Assembly (NCBI GenBank): GCA_024137785.1 | Contig: JAHRHZ010000166.1 | Location: forward strand, 885,367-949,366 | Reading direction: 5' to 3' | DNA: 64,000 nucleotides | Origin: Ginglymostoma cirratum | Lineage: Eukaryota | Shown here: positions 21,530 to 36,600 of the stretch, piece after piece | How positions within the stretch are numbered: position 1 is the stretch's first letter | Layout of the letters: every line of letters starts with the position of its first letter | The notes under the pieces: generated by a model | Told to the model about the DNA's origin: nothing | Seen by the model: the letters and a program-made list of their open reading frames with translations, nothing else | Databases searched by the model: none | Translations under genes and position numbers: made by a program

Positions 21530-23900
21530 CACAGAAATTAGAGCAGTTCAGCGCAGGACCAGGCTCTTCAGCATACCGTGTCTGTGCTGACCATGATGGC
21601 GTTCTAAACTGATCCCATAACCGGGCATATGATCCATGTCCCTATATTCTCCGCCTGTTCATGCATCTATCCAAATGCCTCTTAAACATTGCCATCGAAT
21701 CTGCTTCTACCACCACCTTGGCAGTATTCTCCAGGTACTTATCACACTAAAAAAAAAACACTGGCCTCACTCATCTCCTTTAATCTTTTCCTGTCTCATT
21801 TTAAACCTATTGCCCCTAGAGTTTGGCACTTAAATCCTGGGGCAAAACACGCCAGTTATCCATCTTAGCCTTTCAGAATTTCATATAATTCGATCAAATT
21901 GCTCCTTAACCTCCGAAGCTCAATTTCATCCAACGTCCTGTGAACGTGAACACACAGCAATAAATGCAACTTCATGTAAACCTCATGTGCACCCTCTCCA
22001 AAGAATCCACATCATTCCTGTAGTGTGACAACTGGAACTGCACACAACACTGTAAACATGACGTAGTTAATGATTAGACAGCTGCAGTAAGACTTGCCAA
22101 CTTTCATAGTCTAATCCTGACCGATAAAGGTAATCATGCCACATATCTTCTTTAAAAACCAGAAGAACAGTGGATGCTATAAGTCAGGAGCAAAAACAGA
22201 AGTTGCTGGAAAATCTCAGCACGTCTGGCAGCATTTGTGAAGAAAAAAACTCAGAGTTCACGGTTCGGATCCGGTGACTTGTGGTGACTCGTTGGGCTAG
22301 GGGTATGATTTTCGCTGGCAGTGTTGTACCGGATTGATATGTGAGATGCCCCGGGTTCAAATCCAAAACAAGCCCCAATCTGTTTGAAGCAGCATGGTGA
22401 CTCAGTGGTTACCATTGCTGCCTCACAGTGCCAGGGACCTGGGTTCAATTCCAGCCTCGGCCGACTGTCTGCGTGGCGTTTGCACATTCTCCCCGTGCCT
22501 GTGTGCGTTTCCTCCTGGTGCTCCGGTTTCCTCCCACAGTCCAAAGATGTACAGGGTAGGTGGTTTGGCTATGCTAAATTGCCCATAGTGCCCAAGGATG
22601 TTTAGGTTAGGTGGGTTAGCCATGGGAAATGCAGGGGTGGGGCGGTAGGCCTGGGTGGGATGCTCTTTGGAGGGCCAATGTGGACTTGTTGGGCCGATTG
22701 GCCTGTTCCTGTACTGTAGGAATTCTATGACTCTTCCTTGGAACTGAGGAATGGTCACTGTACCGGAAATGTTCACTCTGATTTTTACAGACGCTGCCAG
22801 ACCTTCTGATCTTTTACAGCAACTAATGTTTTACTTCCACATATCTTCTTTACCCATTATCCCCACCTGTGTTGTCACTTTCAGGGAGGTATCAACTTAC
22901 ATACAAAGATCCACATCTGTATCAATGCTCTAAAGGGTTGTGGTATTCATTGTATACTTTCCTCTTGTATTTTACCTTTCAAAATAAATAAATTCATACT
23001 TATCTGGGTAAGAGTCCATCTGCCATTTCTCTGACTAACTCTCCAACTGAAATATATCCTGCTGTATCCTTTTACAATCTTCCTCACTGTTCACAACTCC
23101 ACCAAGTGTTGTGATGTCTTCAAGCTTATGATTCAGACAGCATGCCTTTTCATTCAAATCATTTATAAATATTATAAACAGAGGTCCCAGCACAGTTCCT
23201 TGTGGAACATTAATAATTAGGTATGATTGTAAAAGTAAGAATTGGTAACTTTGCAGATGACACGGAAGTTGATAATGTTTTTCATATTGAGGAGGATGGT
23301 CTCAGGCTACAGTCTGAAATCGATAGGCCAATAGATTGGACAGAATAACAGCAGGTGGATCTTAATCCTTGCAGTGTGAAATGATGCACTTTGGGAGTTC
23401 AAATAAGAGAAGGAGATGCACGATGAATGGTAGTTCTGAGAGGAATGTTGAGGAACAAAGTACGTGTACAAGTTGCTGCATTTCTGAAGATGTCAGCACA
23501 GGTTGACAGGGTGGTGAAGAAGGCGTACAGGATTCTTGTCTTCACCAGTCAAGGCACAGCATGTAGGAACAAGGAAGTCTTGTGACAAATTTATAGAACT
23601 TCAGTAAGGCCACAGATGGAATACTGTGTGCAGTTCTGGTCATCATATTATCAGAATGATGGGAGTAAACTGGGGTGTTTGTAAAGACATTTTGCAAGAT
23701 ATTGGCTGGAATGAAACTTCTCAGCTGTGAGGAGAGATTGGATTTAGTTTGTTCAGAGCAATGGAGGGTGAGGGTTATCTCATTGAGGAGTACGAAGTTT
23801 TCAGAGGTATTGGCAGAGGACTTCATGAGAATGACTTCACAGAATCAGAGAAGGGGCTCATGGAGGTGTCAAGTACTTGATGGGCACAAGAGCATTGAAC
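21530..23900. mobile_element. Cluster of old CR1 fragments in both orientations
   Basis: FADDTEV...LQSEIDR and YCVQFWSSYYQND remnants on +; CR1 3' ends on -. Confidence 0.7.
22390..22730 (+). mobile_element. HE1-like tRNA-derived SINE
   Basis: A-box TGACTCAGTGG, B-box GGTTCAATTCC, body tttgcacattctccccgtg...ctccggtttcctcccacagtccaaagatgt, tail ttctatga. Further copies at about 49960, 50710(-), 53825, 55453, 61310 and 61925. Confidence 0.9.
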
Positions 23901-23919
23901 AGAAGTCAGGAAATAAAAT

Positions 23920-24790
23920 TGACTGAGAAAGATGCTTGGTGGAGTTGGCTCATTCACCACAACTGAAGAATAAATTTTGGACTGGAGTTCAGCAGGATGA
24001 ATAGCATCTAGCAGAGGGTGGCATTGTGAAGTGCCTCAGGATGATTCTATGAGCAAATGGCTCAGTCAGCACTACTTAAGAGGGATATCAGAGAATGTGG
24101 TGCTCAAAAGAAGGAAAGACATTCAACAGAGGCTAATAGTGTGAGGTGACTGGGGACTACTCTAAGTGAAGACAGCTCAATTACCACAACTGAATGGGAA
24201 ATCATAGATTATCCAGTGACACAACAGGAAGCAAAGGCAGTTATAGGAAATGACTGATGACGATTCTGGAAGAAGGCAGCTTGCTCACTACATCTGAGGA
24301 GGAAATCACAGAAGACCCAGTGATCAAGAAGAGGAAGTGTACCCAACAGAGGGTGTTAGAGAAATGCGACTGAAGAGAACACTAGAAAAAAATAAATAAA
24401 ACACTCTGAACACAGCTTAGGATGGTTTCGTGTAGCATCAGATGCTCTGCTGGAGAAAGCGGATCAGGATGTGAAGGAAGTGATGTCGACTCTGGATGAG
24501 CGCAGTTCATTGAACATAGCAGAGATGGAGATCATTGAGGGCCAAACGCTCAACAGCAGAAAGAATACCTAACAGAGGGCAGTAGAGAGAAGTGATTCAT
24601 GAGGATTCCAAGAATTGTTGATTCGCTCCCTGCACCTGAATTCAGAATCACATTGGAACATATTCTCAACAGGAAGAAGAACACCCCACCTAGGGTGAAA
24701 TACGACTTAGGAGGATTTTGGAAGAAATCAGTTCGATTACCAGAACTGATAAGGTTGCTCAACAGGAGAACCCAACAGACTGTGCTCGTT
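23920..24790 (+). repeat. Degenerate ~115-bp tandem array (left part)
   Basis: Recurring gactgaga/gg...ggagaag..agctca.tcaccacaactga units near 23921, 24035, 24148, 24252, 24368, 24488 and 24703. Confidence 0.65.
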
Positions 24791-27700
24791 TCCAGTACCT
24801 CAGGATCATTCTGTCAAATGTACAACACTGACACCCACATCCCTCCAATTGATAGCCACCTTGAATGGCTGTGTGTAAATAGGCGTGGCTAACACTGGGA
24901 CAATCTTTAACACAAAGTTTAGGGTGTCAAATGCCTCTGGCGTTGCGCTATCTAATATAATGACCTGCATTTCTTCAAAAAATCAGTCAGTGGAGCAACT
25001 ACGCTGCTAAAATTCAGTACTAGCTTCTGATTAAACCCAGTCAATTCCCAGAATCATCGTCCTGCCCTCTTTGTCGATGGTATTGTAAACTCCCCAATGA
25101 TCTTTATTTTCACATGTTTTGGGCAGTCAGTCCATGTCCAATGACATGAACCAGGAACTCACTTTTAGCCAGATTTATCACCAAGGCATTTCCAACAGAA
25201 TCTGCAAATATTCCTTTCATGTATCACAGGTCATCGATGTACAACACAGAACAGGACAATCTGGAAACCACTTTATTGGGAAAGGCGCATTTTTTGTACC
25301 AAACGGTCTGATTTTAATTTGGTGTAGTCCATTTGGTGTCACAAAAACCAAAATTGGCTTCATTCATTTCGATAAAGGCGCCTGCCAGTATCTTCTGAAT
25401 GAAGTCAAACTTTAAAATACACATTGCTTGTCTCGACTTCTTAACACAGTCTTCCAAATATGGAATAAGATATGAATCAGACTTTGCAATGCACTGACTT
25501 TGGGATAGTTCACACAGTGAGTGGACGCCATTTGGTTTTGGCGCCGTTGCTGTCGGTGAGCTCCTTTTGCTGCAACCGACTTCAAATTATGTTCCTTTCC
25601 ACATGTGTTCAATCTCTTTTTGAATCTTTGAGAATTTTAGAGGGTCAGGTATATGAGCATGTTACTTATTTGAAACAGCATTTCCTGTTTAAAAATGCGT
25701 AATTAGTTTAGTACTTTCCAGCATTTTCCCACATATCTCTATATGTTCTTGAAATAACTTTTTCAGATCATTTAGAATTTACTCTGGAAGGTAACTCAGT
25801 AATTTATCCTTTTTTTTCTGGAACTTCCTCATTGTTCAATTTAATTTGAAGAATTCGCAATTCATATCCATCTGAACTTGATACTTTACTGTGTGTTGCT
25901 CCAAAGAATACATTTTCCTTTTGTTTTCCCTATCAAAATAGATTTTGGCCATAATCACATGAGACAAATGCAATCTTTCTTCTTATTTGGTAATTTGCTG
26001 AAATAACTCTTTTCACTCAATTTCCTTTAGATTTGAATAGACCGACGAAACCTTGTTTTTAAAGGTTTACCTATATTGAAAGTAGGACTACCATTTCGTC
26101 TCCAGTGGCAAAATAGCTAGATTTTGATTTAGTGCAAGCCAGGGGACAGCCAGGAAGGTAAGGTTTACCTGAAAAAAAAACTTACCTAGTGAGTCAACCA
26201 CCTTCTTGATTTGAGCGGTGGGAGAGGTCACAGCATGAGCCGGGAAGTGAATGATTATATTCGGGCATTGGCTAAACCCAAAACATTACGCGTGTAGTGT
26301 CTCCAACCCATCCTCCTCCTCTAACCAAAAGAGGCGGAAAGGAAAGGTATTTTTTTCCTTTCTCTTTTGGCAATCTAGAGTAGAGGAAGCTAGGACAGTT
26401 GCAAGCTCTTCTTGTAGGATGTAGGAGTTAAGACTCACGTATAATTTCCTTTCTGACTTCACCTGCGAGAAGTGCACCGAACTCCAACCCCTCACAGACC
26501 ATGTGAGCGAGCTGGAGCTGGAGCTGGATGAACTCTGGATCATTCGGGAAGCTGAAGGAGTGATAGATAGGAGTTAGAAGAATGCTGTCACACCCAAGTT
26601 ACAAGGCAAAGGTAGCTGGGTGACTGTCAGGAGGGGGAAATAGAATAGGCAGAAAGCTCAGGGACACCTGTGGGCGTTCCCATCAATAATAAGTGTATCA
26701 CTTTGGATAATGTTCGGGGGTGGGGGGGAACCTACCATGGAAAAGCCATAGCGGCCAGGTGTCTGGCACTGACTCTGGCTCTGTGACTCAGAAAGGAAGT
26801 GGGGAGAATAGGATAGTGATAATGATAAGAGCTTCAATAGTTAGGGGAACAGACAGGAGATTCTGTGGTAATGATTGAGACTCTCGGATGGTATGTTGCC
26901 TCCCCGGTGCTAGCATCAGGGATGTCTTGGATCAAAACTTCAGGATTCTCAAGGGGGAGGGACAGCAGACTGAAGTCGTGGTACACATCGATAATAAAGA
27001 CATAGCTAGGAAATGGGATGAGGACCTGAAAAATGAATATAGGGAGTTAAGATGGAATCTAAAAGCTAGGACGAGCAATGTATAACTACCGGTGCCACGG
27101 GCTTGTGAGGCCAGAAATAGAAAGCGAGTTCAGCTGAACACATGGCTCCAAAGCTGGTGTAGAAGCGAGGGTTTCAGATATGTGGATCATTGGGATACCT
27201 TTTGGGAAAGGTGTGACCAGTATAGGAAGGACAGGTTGCACATGAACTGGAGGGACACCAATATCCTGGGCGGGAGTTTTGCTAGAGCTTTTCGGGAGGA
27301 TTTAAACTAGTTTGGCAGGGGGATGGGAACTGAAGCTACAGATCAGAGGATGTGGTAGCCAGTGTACAGACAGATAAAGCAAGTTGAGAATCTGTGGGGA
27401 TTTATAAGCAGTTGATAGGGCAAAGCGGCAGTCAGTGCAACGGGTTGGGGTGTGTCTACTTCAATGTAAGAAGTATCAGGAATAAGGATAACGAACTTTG
27501 AACATGGATCAGCACTTGGAACAACGATGTTGTGGCCATTACGGAGACTTGGATAATACAAGGGCAGGAATGGTTGTTGGATGCTCCGGGGTATAGATGT
27601 TTCAAAAGAAATAGGGAGGGAGGTAAAAGAGGTAGGGGAGTGGCATTGCTAATCAAGGATGGTAACACAGCCGCAGAAAGGGAGGCCGTGGAGTAGGGTT

Positions 27701-29362
27701 TATCCACTGCGTCAGTGTGGGTGGAAGTTAGAAGCAGGAAAGGAGCAAACATTTTATTAGGAGTTTTCTATAGACACCCCAATAGCAACAGAGACACTGA
27801 GGAACAGATTGGAATACAGATTTTTGAAAGGTGCAGAATTAGTAGGGTTTTTGTCATGGGTTACTTCAACTTCACTAATATAGACTGGAACATCCAAAGT
27901 GCAAATAGTTTGGATGGTTCTGAGTTTGTCAGGCGTGCTCAGGAAGTATTTCTGACTCAACATGTAGACAGGTTGACAACAGGGGAGGCCATATTGGATT
28001 TGGTGCTTGGCAACAAACCAGGTAAGTTGACAGATCTCTCAGTGCGGTGATAGTGACCATAACTCCCTGATCTTTACTATAGTCATGGAGAAGGCTAGGA
28101 ACAGACAGAATTGGAAATTATTTAATCGGGAGAGGGGGAATTACAATGCTATTAATCAAGAGCTGTGGAGCATAGATTTGGATCAGATGTTTTCAGGGAA
28201 ATGCACGACAGAACTGTGGAGGTTGTTTAGGAAGCAGTTGCTACAGGTACTGGATAGATTTGTGCCACTGAGGCAAGGAAAGGATGGGAATTTGAAGGAA
28301 CCTTGGCTGACAAGACATGTGGAACACCTAGTCAAGAGGAACAAGGAAGCTTACTTAAGGTTGTAGAATCAAGGACAGGAAAGGGCTCGAGAGGTTTACA
28401 AGGTAACCAGGAAGGAATTGGAGAATGGACTTAGGACAGCTAGAAGCGGTTATGAGAAAACCTTGATGGGTAGGATCAAAGAAAACCCCAAGGCGTTCTA
28501 TGCTTATGAGGAACAAGAGGAGGGCCATAGTGAGTGGAGGACCAAACAGGAATAGTGGAGGGAACTTGTGCACGGAGTCAGAGGGACGTCCTTAATGAAT
28601 ACTTTGCTTCAGTATTTGCCAGTGAGAGGAACATTGCCGTTTGTGAGGATAACATGAAACAAGCACATATGCTCGAAAAGGTTGATTTAAGAAGGAAGAT
28701 GTGCGAGAAATTTTGAATGACATGAGGATAGATAAGTCCCCTGGGCCAGACGGGTTATACACAAGGTCACTATGGGAAGTGAGGGAAGAGATTGCTTCCT
28801 CTTTGGCAATGATCTTTGCGACCTCAGTGTCCACTGGAGTAGTCCCAGACGATTGGAGGTTGGAAAATGTCATTCCCTTGTTCAAGAAAGGGAATAGGGA
28901 TAATAATGGGAATTACGACCGGTCAGTCTTACTTCTGTGGTGGGCAAATTATTGGAGATGATTCTGAGAGATTATATTTATGATTATTTGAAATATCACA
29001 GTTTCATTAGAAATAGTCAGCAATGCATTGTGAGGGGTCGGCCATGCCTCACAAGCCTTACTGAATTCTTTGAGGATGTGACAAAACATATTGATGAAGG
29101 GTGAGCAGTGGATGTGGTGTATATGGATTTTATCAAGGCATTTGATAAGATTCCACATGGTAGACTCATTCAGAAAGTAAGGAAGCATGGGATTCAGGGA
29201 GATTTGGATGTCTGGATTCAAAACTGGCTGTCCAATAGAAGACAGAGGGTGGTAGTAGATGGAAAGTATTCGGCCTGGAGCTAGGTGACCAGTGGTGTTC
29301 CGCAGGGATCTGTTCTGGGACCTCTGCTCTTTGTGATGTTCATAATTGACTTAGATGATGAA

Positions 29363-30128
29363 CAAAGAACAAGGAACAAAGAAAACTTACAGCCCAGGAA
29401 CAGGCCCTTCGGCCCTCCAAGCCTGTGCCGATCCAAATCCACTGTCTAAACCTATCGCCCAATTCCTAAGGATCTGTATCCCTCTGCTCCCCACCTACTC
29501 ATGCATCTGTCCAGACGCACCTTAAATGAATCTACCGTGCCTGCCTCTACTACCTCTGCTGGCAACGCGTTCCAGGCACCTACCACCCTCTGTGTAAAGT
29601 ACTTTCCGTGTGTATCCCCCTTAAACTTTTCTCCTCTCACCTTGAACGCGTGACTCCTCGTTATTGAATCCCTCACCCTGGGAAAAAGCTTATCTCTATC
29701 AACCCTGTCTATACCCTTCATGATTTTGAAGACCTCAATCAGGTCCCCCCTCAATCTCCTTTTTTCTAATGAAAACAATCCTAACCTACTCAACCTCTCT
29801 TCATAGCTAGCACCTTCCATACCAGGCAACATCCTCGTAAACCTTCTCTGTACCCTCTCCAAAGCTTTCACATCCTTTTGGTAATGTGGCGACCAGAACT
29901 GTACACGGTATTCTAAATGCAGCCAAACCAAAGTCCTGTACAATTTTAACATGACCTGCCAGCTCTTATACTCAATACCCCGTCCGCTGAAGGCAAGCAT
30001 ACCATATGCCTTCTTGATCACTCTACCCACCTGTGCAGCCACCTTCAGGGTACAATGGACCTGAACTCCCAGATCTCTCTGCTCATCAACTTTTCCCAAG
30101 GCTCTTCCGTTTACAGTATAGTTCGCTA
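29363..30128 (-). mobile_element. Young 5'-truncated CR1 inserted in the host CR1
   Basis: Open C-terminal ORF2 frame (ORF 29452-30279, LEYRVQFWSPHYQKD); flanked by ATGAA at 29358-29362 and 30129-30133. Confidence 0.9.
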
Positions 30129-30226
30129 ATGAAGTGGAAGGATTGGTTAATAAGGATGCCGATGACACGAAGGTTGGTGGAGCTGTGGACAAAGTGGAGG
30201 GCTGTTGTAGGACACAAAGGGACATT

Positions 30227-33200
30227 AAGACCATAAGACGTAGGAGTGGACGTAAGGCCATTCGGCCCATCGAGTCCATTCCACCATTTAATCATGTCTG
30301 ATGGGCATTTCAACTCCGCACTCTCCCGGAGCCCTTGATTCCTTGCGAGATCAAGAATTTATCAATCTCTGCCTTGAAGACATTTAATGACCCGGCCTCC
30401 ACTGCTCTCCGTGGCAATGAATTCCACAGGCCCACCACTCTCTGGTTGAAGAAATGTCTCCTCATTTCCGTTCTAAATTGACCCCCTCTAATTCTAAAGC
30501 TGTGCCGACGGGTCCTAGTCTCCCCGCCTAACGGAAACAACTTCCCAGCGTCCACCCTTTCTAAGTCATGCATTATCTTGTAAGTTTCTGTTAGATCTCC
30601 CCTCAACCCTCTAAACTCTAATGAATACAATCCCAGGATCCTCAGCCGTTCATCGTATGTTAGGCCTACCATTCCAGGGATCATCCGTGTGAATCTCCGC
30701 TGGACAAGCTCCAGTGCCAGTACGTCCTTCCTGAGGTGTGGGGCCCAAAATTGGGCACAGTATTCTAAATAGGGCCTAACTAGAGCTTTATAAAGTCTCA
30801 GAAGAACATCGCTGCTTTTATATTCCAATCCTCTTGATAAACGACAACATTTCTTTCACTTTCTTAATCACGTACTCAACCTGTAAGTTAACCTTTAGAG
30901 AATCCTGGACGAGCACTCCCAGATCCCTTTGTACTTCGGCTTTATGAATTTTCTCACCGTTCATAAAATAGTCCATGCTTGTATTCTTTTTTCCAAAGTG
31001 CAAGACATCGCATTTGCTCACTTTGAATTTCATCAGCCATTTCCTGGACCACTCTCCTGAACTGTCTAAATCGTTCTGCAGCCTGCCCACCTCCTCCGTA
31101 CTACCTGCCTGTCCACCGAACTTCGTATCATCGGCAAACTTCGCCAGAATGCCCCCAGTCCCTTCATCCAGATCATTAATATATAAAGTGAACAGCTGCG
31201 GCCCCAACACTGAAACCTGCGGGACACCAATTGTCACCGGTTGCCAATCCAAAAAAGAGCCTTTTATCCCAACTGTCTGCCTTCTGTCAGACAGCCAATC
31301 CTCAATCCATGCCAGTAACTCACCTCGAACACCATAGGCCCTCACCTTACTCAGCAGCCTCCTGTGAGGCACCTTATCAAAGGCCGTTTGGAAGTCTAGA
31401 TAGATAACATCCACTGGGTTTCCCTGGTCTAACCTACCTGTCACCTCTTCAAAGAAGACTAACAGGTTTGTCAGGCAGGACCTCCCCTTACTAAATCGAT
31501 GCTGACTTGTTCTGATACGACCCTGCACTTCCAAGAATTTAGAAATCTCATACTTAATGATGGATTCTAGAATTCTACCAACAACCGAGGTTATGCTAAT
31601 CGGCATATAATTTTCCATCTTTTGTCTTGATCCTTTCTTAAACAAGGGGGTTACAACAACAATTTTCCAATCATCTGGGACTTCCCCTGACTCCAGTTAC
31701 TTTTGAATGATCACAACCAAAGCCTCCGTTATTTCCTCAGCCACCTCCCTCAGAACTCTAGGATGTAGCCCATTGGGGCCAGGAGATTTATCAATTTTTC
31801 GACCTTTCAGCTTTTCTAGGACTTCCTCTTTTGTAATGCCTACCATACTCAACTCTGCCCCCGACTCTCCTTAATTGTTGGGATCTTACTCATGTCTTCC
31901 ACTGTGAAGGCTGATGCAAAGTACTTATTAAGTTCTTCAGCTATTTCTTTATCTCACATCACTAGCCTTCCAGCATCAGTTTGGAGCGGCCCAATGTCTA
32001 CTTTTGCCTCTCGTTTGCTTCTTATGTACTTAAAGAAACTTTTACTATCATTTCTAATATTACTGGCTAGCCTACCTTCATATTTGATCCTCTCCTTACT
32101 TATTTCTCTCTTTGTTATCCTTTGTTTGTTCTTGTACCCTCCCCAATCTTCTGATTTCCCTGTGCTCTTGGCCACTATGTAGGTTGTCTCTTTCTCATTG
32201 CTACATTTCCTGACTTCCTTTGTCAGCCATGGCTGTCTAATCCTCCCCCGGATAATCTTTATTTTCTTTGGGATGAACCTCTGTACTGTGTCCTCAATTA
32301 CACCCAGAAACTCCTGCCATTGTTGCTCTACTGTCTTCCCCGCTAGGCTCTGCTTCCAGTCGATTTTCGTCAGTTCCTCTCTCATGCCCCTGTAATTACC
32401 TTTATTTAACTGTAACAACATTACATCCGATTTTGCCTTCTCTTTCAAACCGCAGACTGAAGTCTACCATATTATGATCGCTGCCTCCTAAGTGTTCCCT
32501 TACTTTAAGATCTTTTATAAAGTCTGGCTCATTATATAGCATTAAGTCCGGAATAGCCTGTTCCCTTGTGGGCTCCATCACAAGCTGTTCCAAAGAGCCA
32601 TCCTGTAAACATTCCATGAATTCTCTTTCTTTTGATCCACCAGCAATATTATTCACCCAGTCCACCTGCATATTGAAGTCCCCCATGATCACCATGACCT
32701 TGCCTTTCTGACATGCCCTATTTATTTCCCGGTTCATCTTGCGCCCCTGGTCCTGACCACTGTTAGGAGGTCAGTACAGAATTCCCATTATGTTTTTTTT
32801 TTGCCTTTGTAGTTCCACCCACACGGAGTCCACATCTTCTGACCCTCTGTCATTCAGTGCTATTGATTTAATTTCATTCATAACTAACAAGGCAACCCCG
32901 GCCCCTCTGCCCACCTCCCTGTCTTTTCGATAAGTTGTAAATCCTTGGATGTTTAACTGCCCGGCCTGAACCCCCTGCGAGCACGTCTCTGTGATGCCGA
33001 CCACATCATAATCGTTCAAGATGATTTGTGCCGTTAATTCATCTACTTTGTTTCGAATAGTACGAGCATTAAGGTAAAGTTTCTTAATGCTAACTTTCTT
33101 ATCATTATTAGAGATATTGGAAATCATAAGATGTCCTAAGTTATCCTTCCTTTTTGCTGCATTCCTAGTCTGTCTCGATCTTAAACCCACCTGCTCACAT

Positions 33201-33637
33201 GCTATCCTGCTGCTTATCTTTCCATTTAACTCCATACTCCCTGTCGCTTTCGGTTTCCCTTCCCCACGACTCAGAAGTTTAAAATCCTACTGACCACCCT
33301 ATTTATCCTTTTCACTAGCACCCTGGCTCTAGATCGGTTCAGGTGGAGACATTCCCAACGGTACACATCCCCCCAGTTCCAAAACTGATGCCAATGCCCC
33401 ATGAAATGAAATCCCTCTTTCCCACACCAATCCCTTAGCCACGTGTTTACTTCTCTAACTTTCTTATCCCTCTGCCAATTGGCACGTGGCTCGGGCAGTA
33501 ATCCGGAGATTTTGACCTTTGAGGACCATTACTTCAATTTCCTTCCTCGTGCTTGATAATCCCTGAACAGGTCCTCTAGCCTCGCTTTGCCTATGCTGCG
33601 ACTTCACTTCCGACCAGCTCCCGCCGCTCTCTGCTGT
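30227..33637 (-). mobile_element. CR1 LINE with most of ORF2, inserted in the host CR1
   Basis: ORFs 32771-33235 (YLNARTIRNK, GITET), 32402-32737 (GDFN, SDH), 30818-31645 (YLDFQTAFDKVPH, FADDTK) and 30310-30828. Confidence 0.93.
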
Positions 33638-36600
33638 CAAAAGGCACTGACAGGATGCAGATATGGGCAAACAAGTGGCAGATGGAATTCAACCAACAAA
33701 AGTGTGAAGTGATTCATTTTGGAAAGTCGAATTTGAATGCAGAATACAGGATAAATAACAGGGTTCTTGGCAGTGTGGTGGAACAGAGGGATCTTGGGGT
33801 CCATGCCCGTTGATCCCTCAAAGTTGTGACCCAAGTTGGTAGGGTTGTAAAGAATGTGTACGATGTGTTGGCTTTCATTGGCAGGGGAATTGAGTTTAAG
33901 AACCGCGACGTTATGCGGCAGCTCTGTGATACTCTGGTTAGAAATAACGCGGAATATGGCATTCAGTTCTGGTCACCTCAATATAGGAAAGATGTGGAAG
34001 CTTTAGAGAGTTTGGAGGGGAGATTTACCACAATGCTGCCTAGCCTGGTGGGTGGGTCTTATGAGGAAATGTTGAGGGGGCTAGGGCTTTTTTTCATTGG
34101 ATGAAAGAAGGATGAGAGGTGCCTTGATAGAGGTGTCCAAGATGATGAGAGGCATAGATAAAGTAGATAGTCAGAGACTTTTTTCCCGGGGCGGAAATGA
34201 ATATTACGATGGGTCATAATTTTAAGGTGATTGAATGAAGGTATGGGGAGATGTCAGAGGTAGGTTCTTTCAGCAGAGTTTGGATGGCATGCGCAATGCG
34301 CTGTTGTCAGTGATAGTGGAGTCAGTTGCTTTAGAGACATTTAAACGCTTCTGGATAGGCACATGGAGGACACTAAAATGTAGGGTATGCAGGGCAGTTT
34401 GAACTTAGTAGGATAATAGGTCAGCAAAATATTGTGCGCTGGAGGGCCTGCACTGTGCTATACTGTTCTATGTTCTGTGTTTGTTTCATGTTTCATTGCA
34501 TGCTGTGCTATTTTCAAATGAGGTCTAGCTAAATCTCCAGCTCTTTTTACTCTTTCCCTAAAATTTGACACATAGTTTAAATATGTATTTTCTGAGCTCT
34601 GATTCACCCATTTCTCCTTAATCAATTGCAGTGGTTGTTCCACCTCTTGACTCAAAACTAATTCAAACGGACTGAATTTGGTAGATTCAGTTAGTGTGCA
34701 TTTCCAATTGCTAAAAGTTCAAATGGAATTCCTTTATCCAAAACCTCTGGACAATCTTGACTATAAGCCCTCAACCTGGTCTTCAAAGTTTGATGCAACT
34801 GTTCTCCTAACTACCCCACTCCCACTACCCTGTGATTCTGGATTTTACGCTTTGGATATGAATGGTTTTATTCCAAATCTATCCCTAACTACCTTGAATA
34901 ATGTTGATATGAATTTTGACTGTTCATCTGATTACCTCTGTGGGTAGTCCACATCTGTTGAAAAATGAACAACTCAATTACAACGCATTTAGTCGTGATA
35001 CTTTGTAATTGAATAACATCTGCAAATCGAGTAGAAATAGCCATTATTGACTGGTACTTTTGTTTTATTTTCCTGTAGGGGTCCTATTAAATCAATTAAG
35101 TCTCTTGTAAACATTTCTTCAAATATAGGAAAGTTTATTAAGGATGCTGTTTTTATCACTGCCTGAGGGTTTCCCATTACCTGACATTTGTGAATTGTCT
35201 GGCAAATTCGACGAAATCCTTATGCAGTATACATTCAAAAAATGTTTTTGCATTTTGGATTCAGTGTTCCTTGCAGCCAAATGAACTCCTTGTCGTTCAT
35301 GTGTGACCACAACTCTTTTTGCTTTAACCCAATAGTAATACAACGTGATAAGCTCCTGCCAATTCCTCATCCACCTCATAATATGATGGTCTCCATTTCC
35401 TGATCAAGACGTAACTTTGCAGGTAATACCTTTCTGGGATACTCTCAGAATCTGTTTCTGTGTACGCTTTTTGATACAACTGCATCAGCTTTTCATCTTT
35501 GTGTTGTAATTCAGTTAATTCCCCTGAACTAAAAATACTTAATTTATCCTCTGCTGTTCTTGTTTTTCTTCTCTCTCAACCATTTAATCAAACACGTTGA
35601 CTGACAATTGTGAGTCAACTTCCTCATGTTTATTCTTCGATTTCTCCTCCAGCTTCACCGTCAGGCTTTGTGACCTCCTTGTCATACAATCGGGAAGAAT
35701 CCCAGGATAAAAGTTGCCTGATGTTCTCCTGGCTTTCAAACACAGGAGACTTCAGTCCCGCCTGTGATCCAGCTATATCATTAACAAAGGCACATTTTAC
35801 TCGTGGAACCAAGAGTTTCTCCGTACTGTTATTACCACTTCCCCCCTTTTCCCTCGGACTTTCCAACCTCACTTTATATAATGAAGCACTTTTGGTCTCA
35901 CCATAAATTTGAACTATTAACACTACTCTGACAATAGTCGTTCTGAAATTCAGATCTCCTCATCTCTCATCATCAGAGATTGACATGGTCCCGTATCTGA
36001 TTAAACTTTAATTTCTTTCCCAGTTCTTTTTGGCACATTCGAGTAAACCTTACCAGTGTAATCACATTATTTAAGGATATGTGGCAGTTTCCGCTCAACC
36101 AATCCCTTATTTGTTTGCACATTCTGTTTCAGCTTTGCAGCTTCTACTGTGTTTTCCTCTACCACATTAACAAAAATCACTGGATTGTCCTGTTTTCCCA
36201 CATTCCTCTTCCCAGTGATTTTTCGAGTATACCAACACTGCAACTTCACGTAGCTTACTTCATCACATGGAAAACACTTGAGTTTCTTTACTTCTGCTTC
36301 CCCCACATGCATTTCCTTTTTTAAACACTGGTAAAGTTCGTTTAATATCTTCAATGCGAACTCCTTTTCCATTTCCACCTGGGGATTTCTCCATTCCTGA
36401 CTTTATATCCCTCACAGATTGAAATAGACGACGGAAGCAAAACTTTGATTTATGAAAAAACTCATAATCACTGATGATCTTGCAGTTTTAACTCTCTGCT
36501 CTTCCACGTGTTGTCATTACTTCAGCAAGTGAATTCTTGAAGTCTTCTAAAATAATCATTTCTCCTAGAGTTAAATGTTTGATGTATTTTCAAAGCCCTT

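Larger units (their letters stand above)
26200..34475 (+). mobile_element. Near full-length CR1 LINE (ORF1 esterase, ORF2 EN-RT), interrupted twice
   Basis: ORF1 pieces 26888-27310 (VCCLPGASIRDV...VVVH); endonuclease 27715-28050; RT 28701-29360, resuming at 30129-30226 and 33640-34475; tail ttctatgttct. Confidence 0.92.

Noticed and set aside
22390-22460. tRNA gene
   Set aside because: The A/B boxes belong to the head of a multi-copy tRNA-derived SINE.
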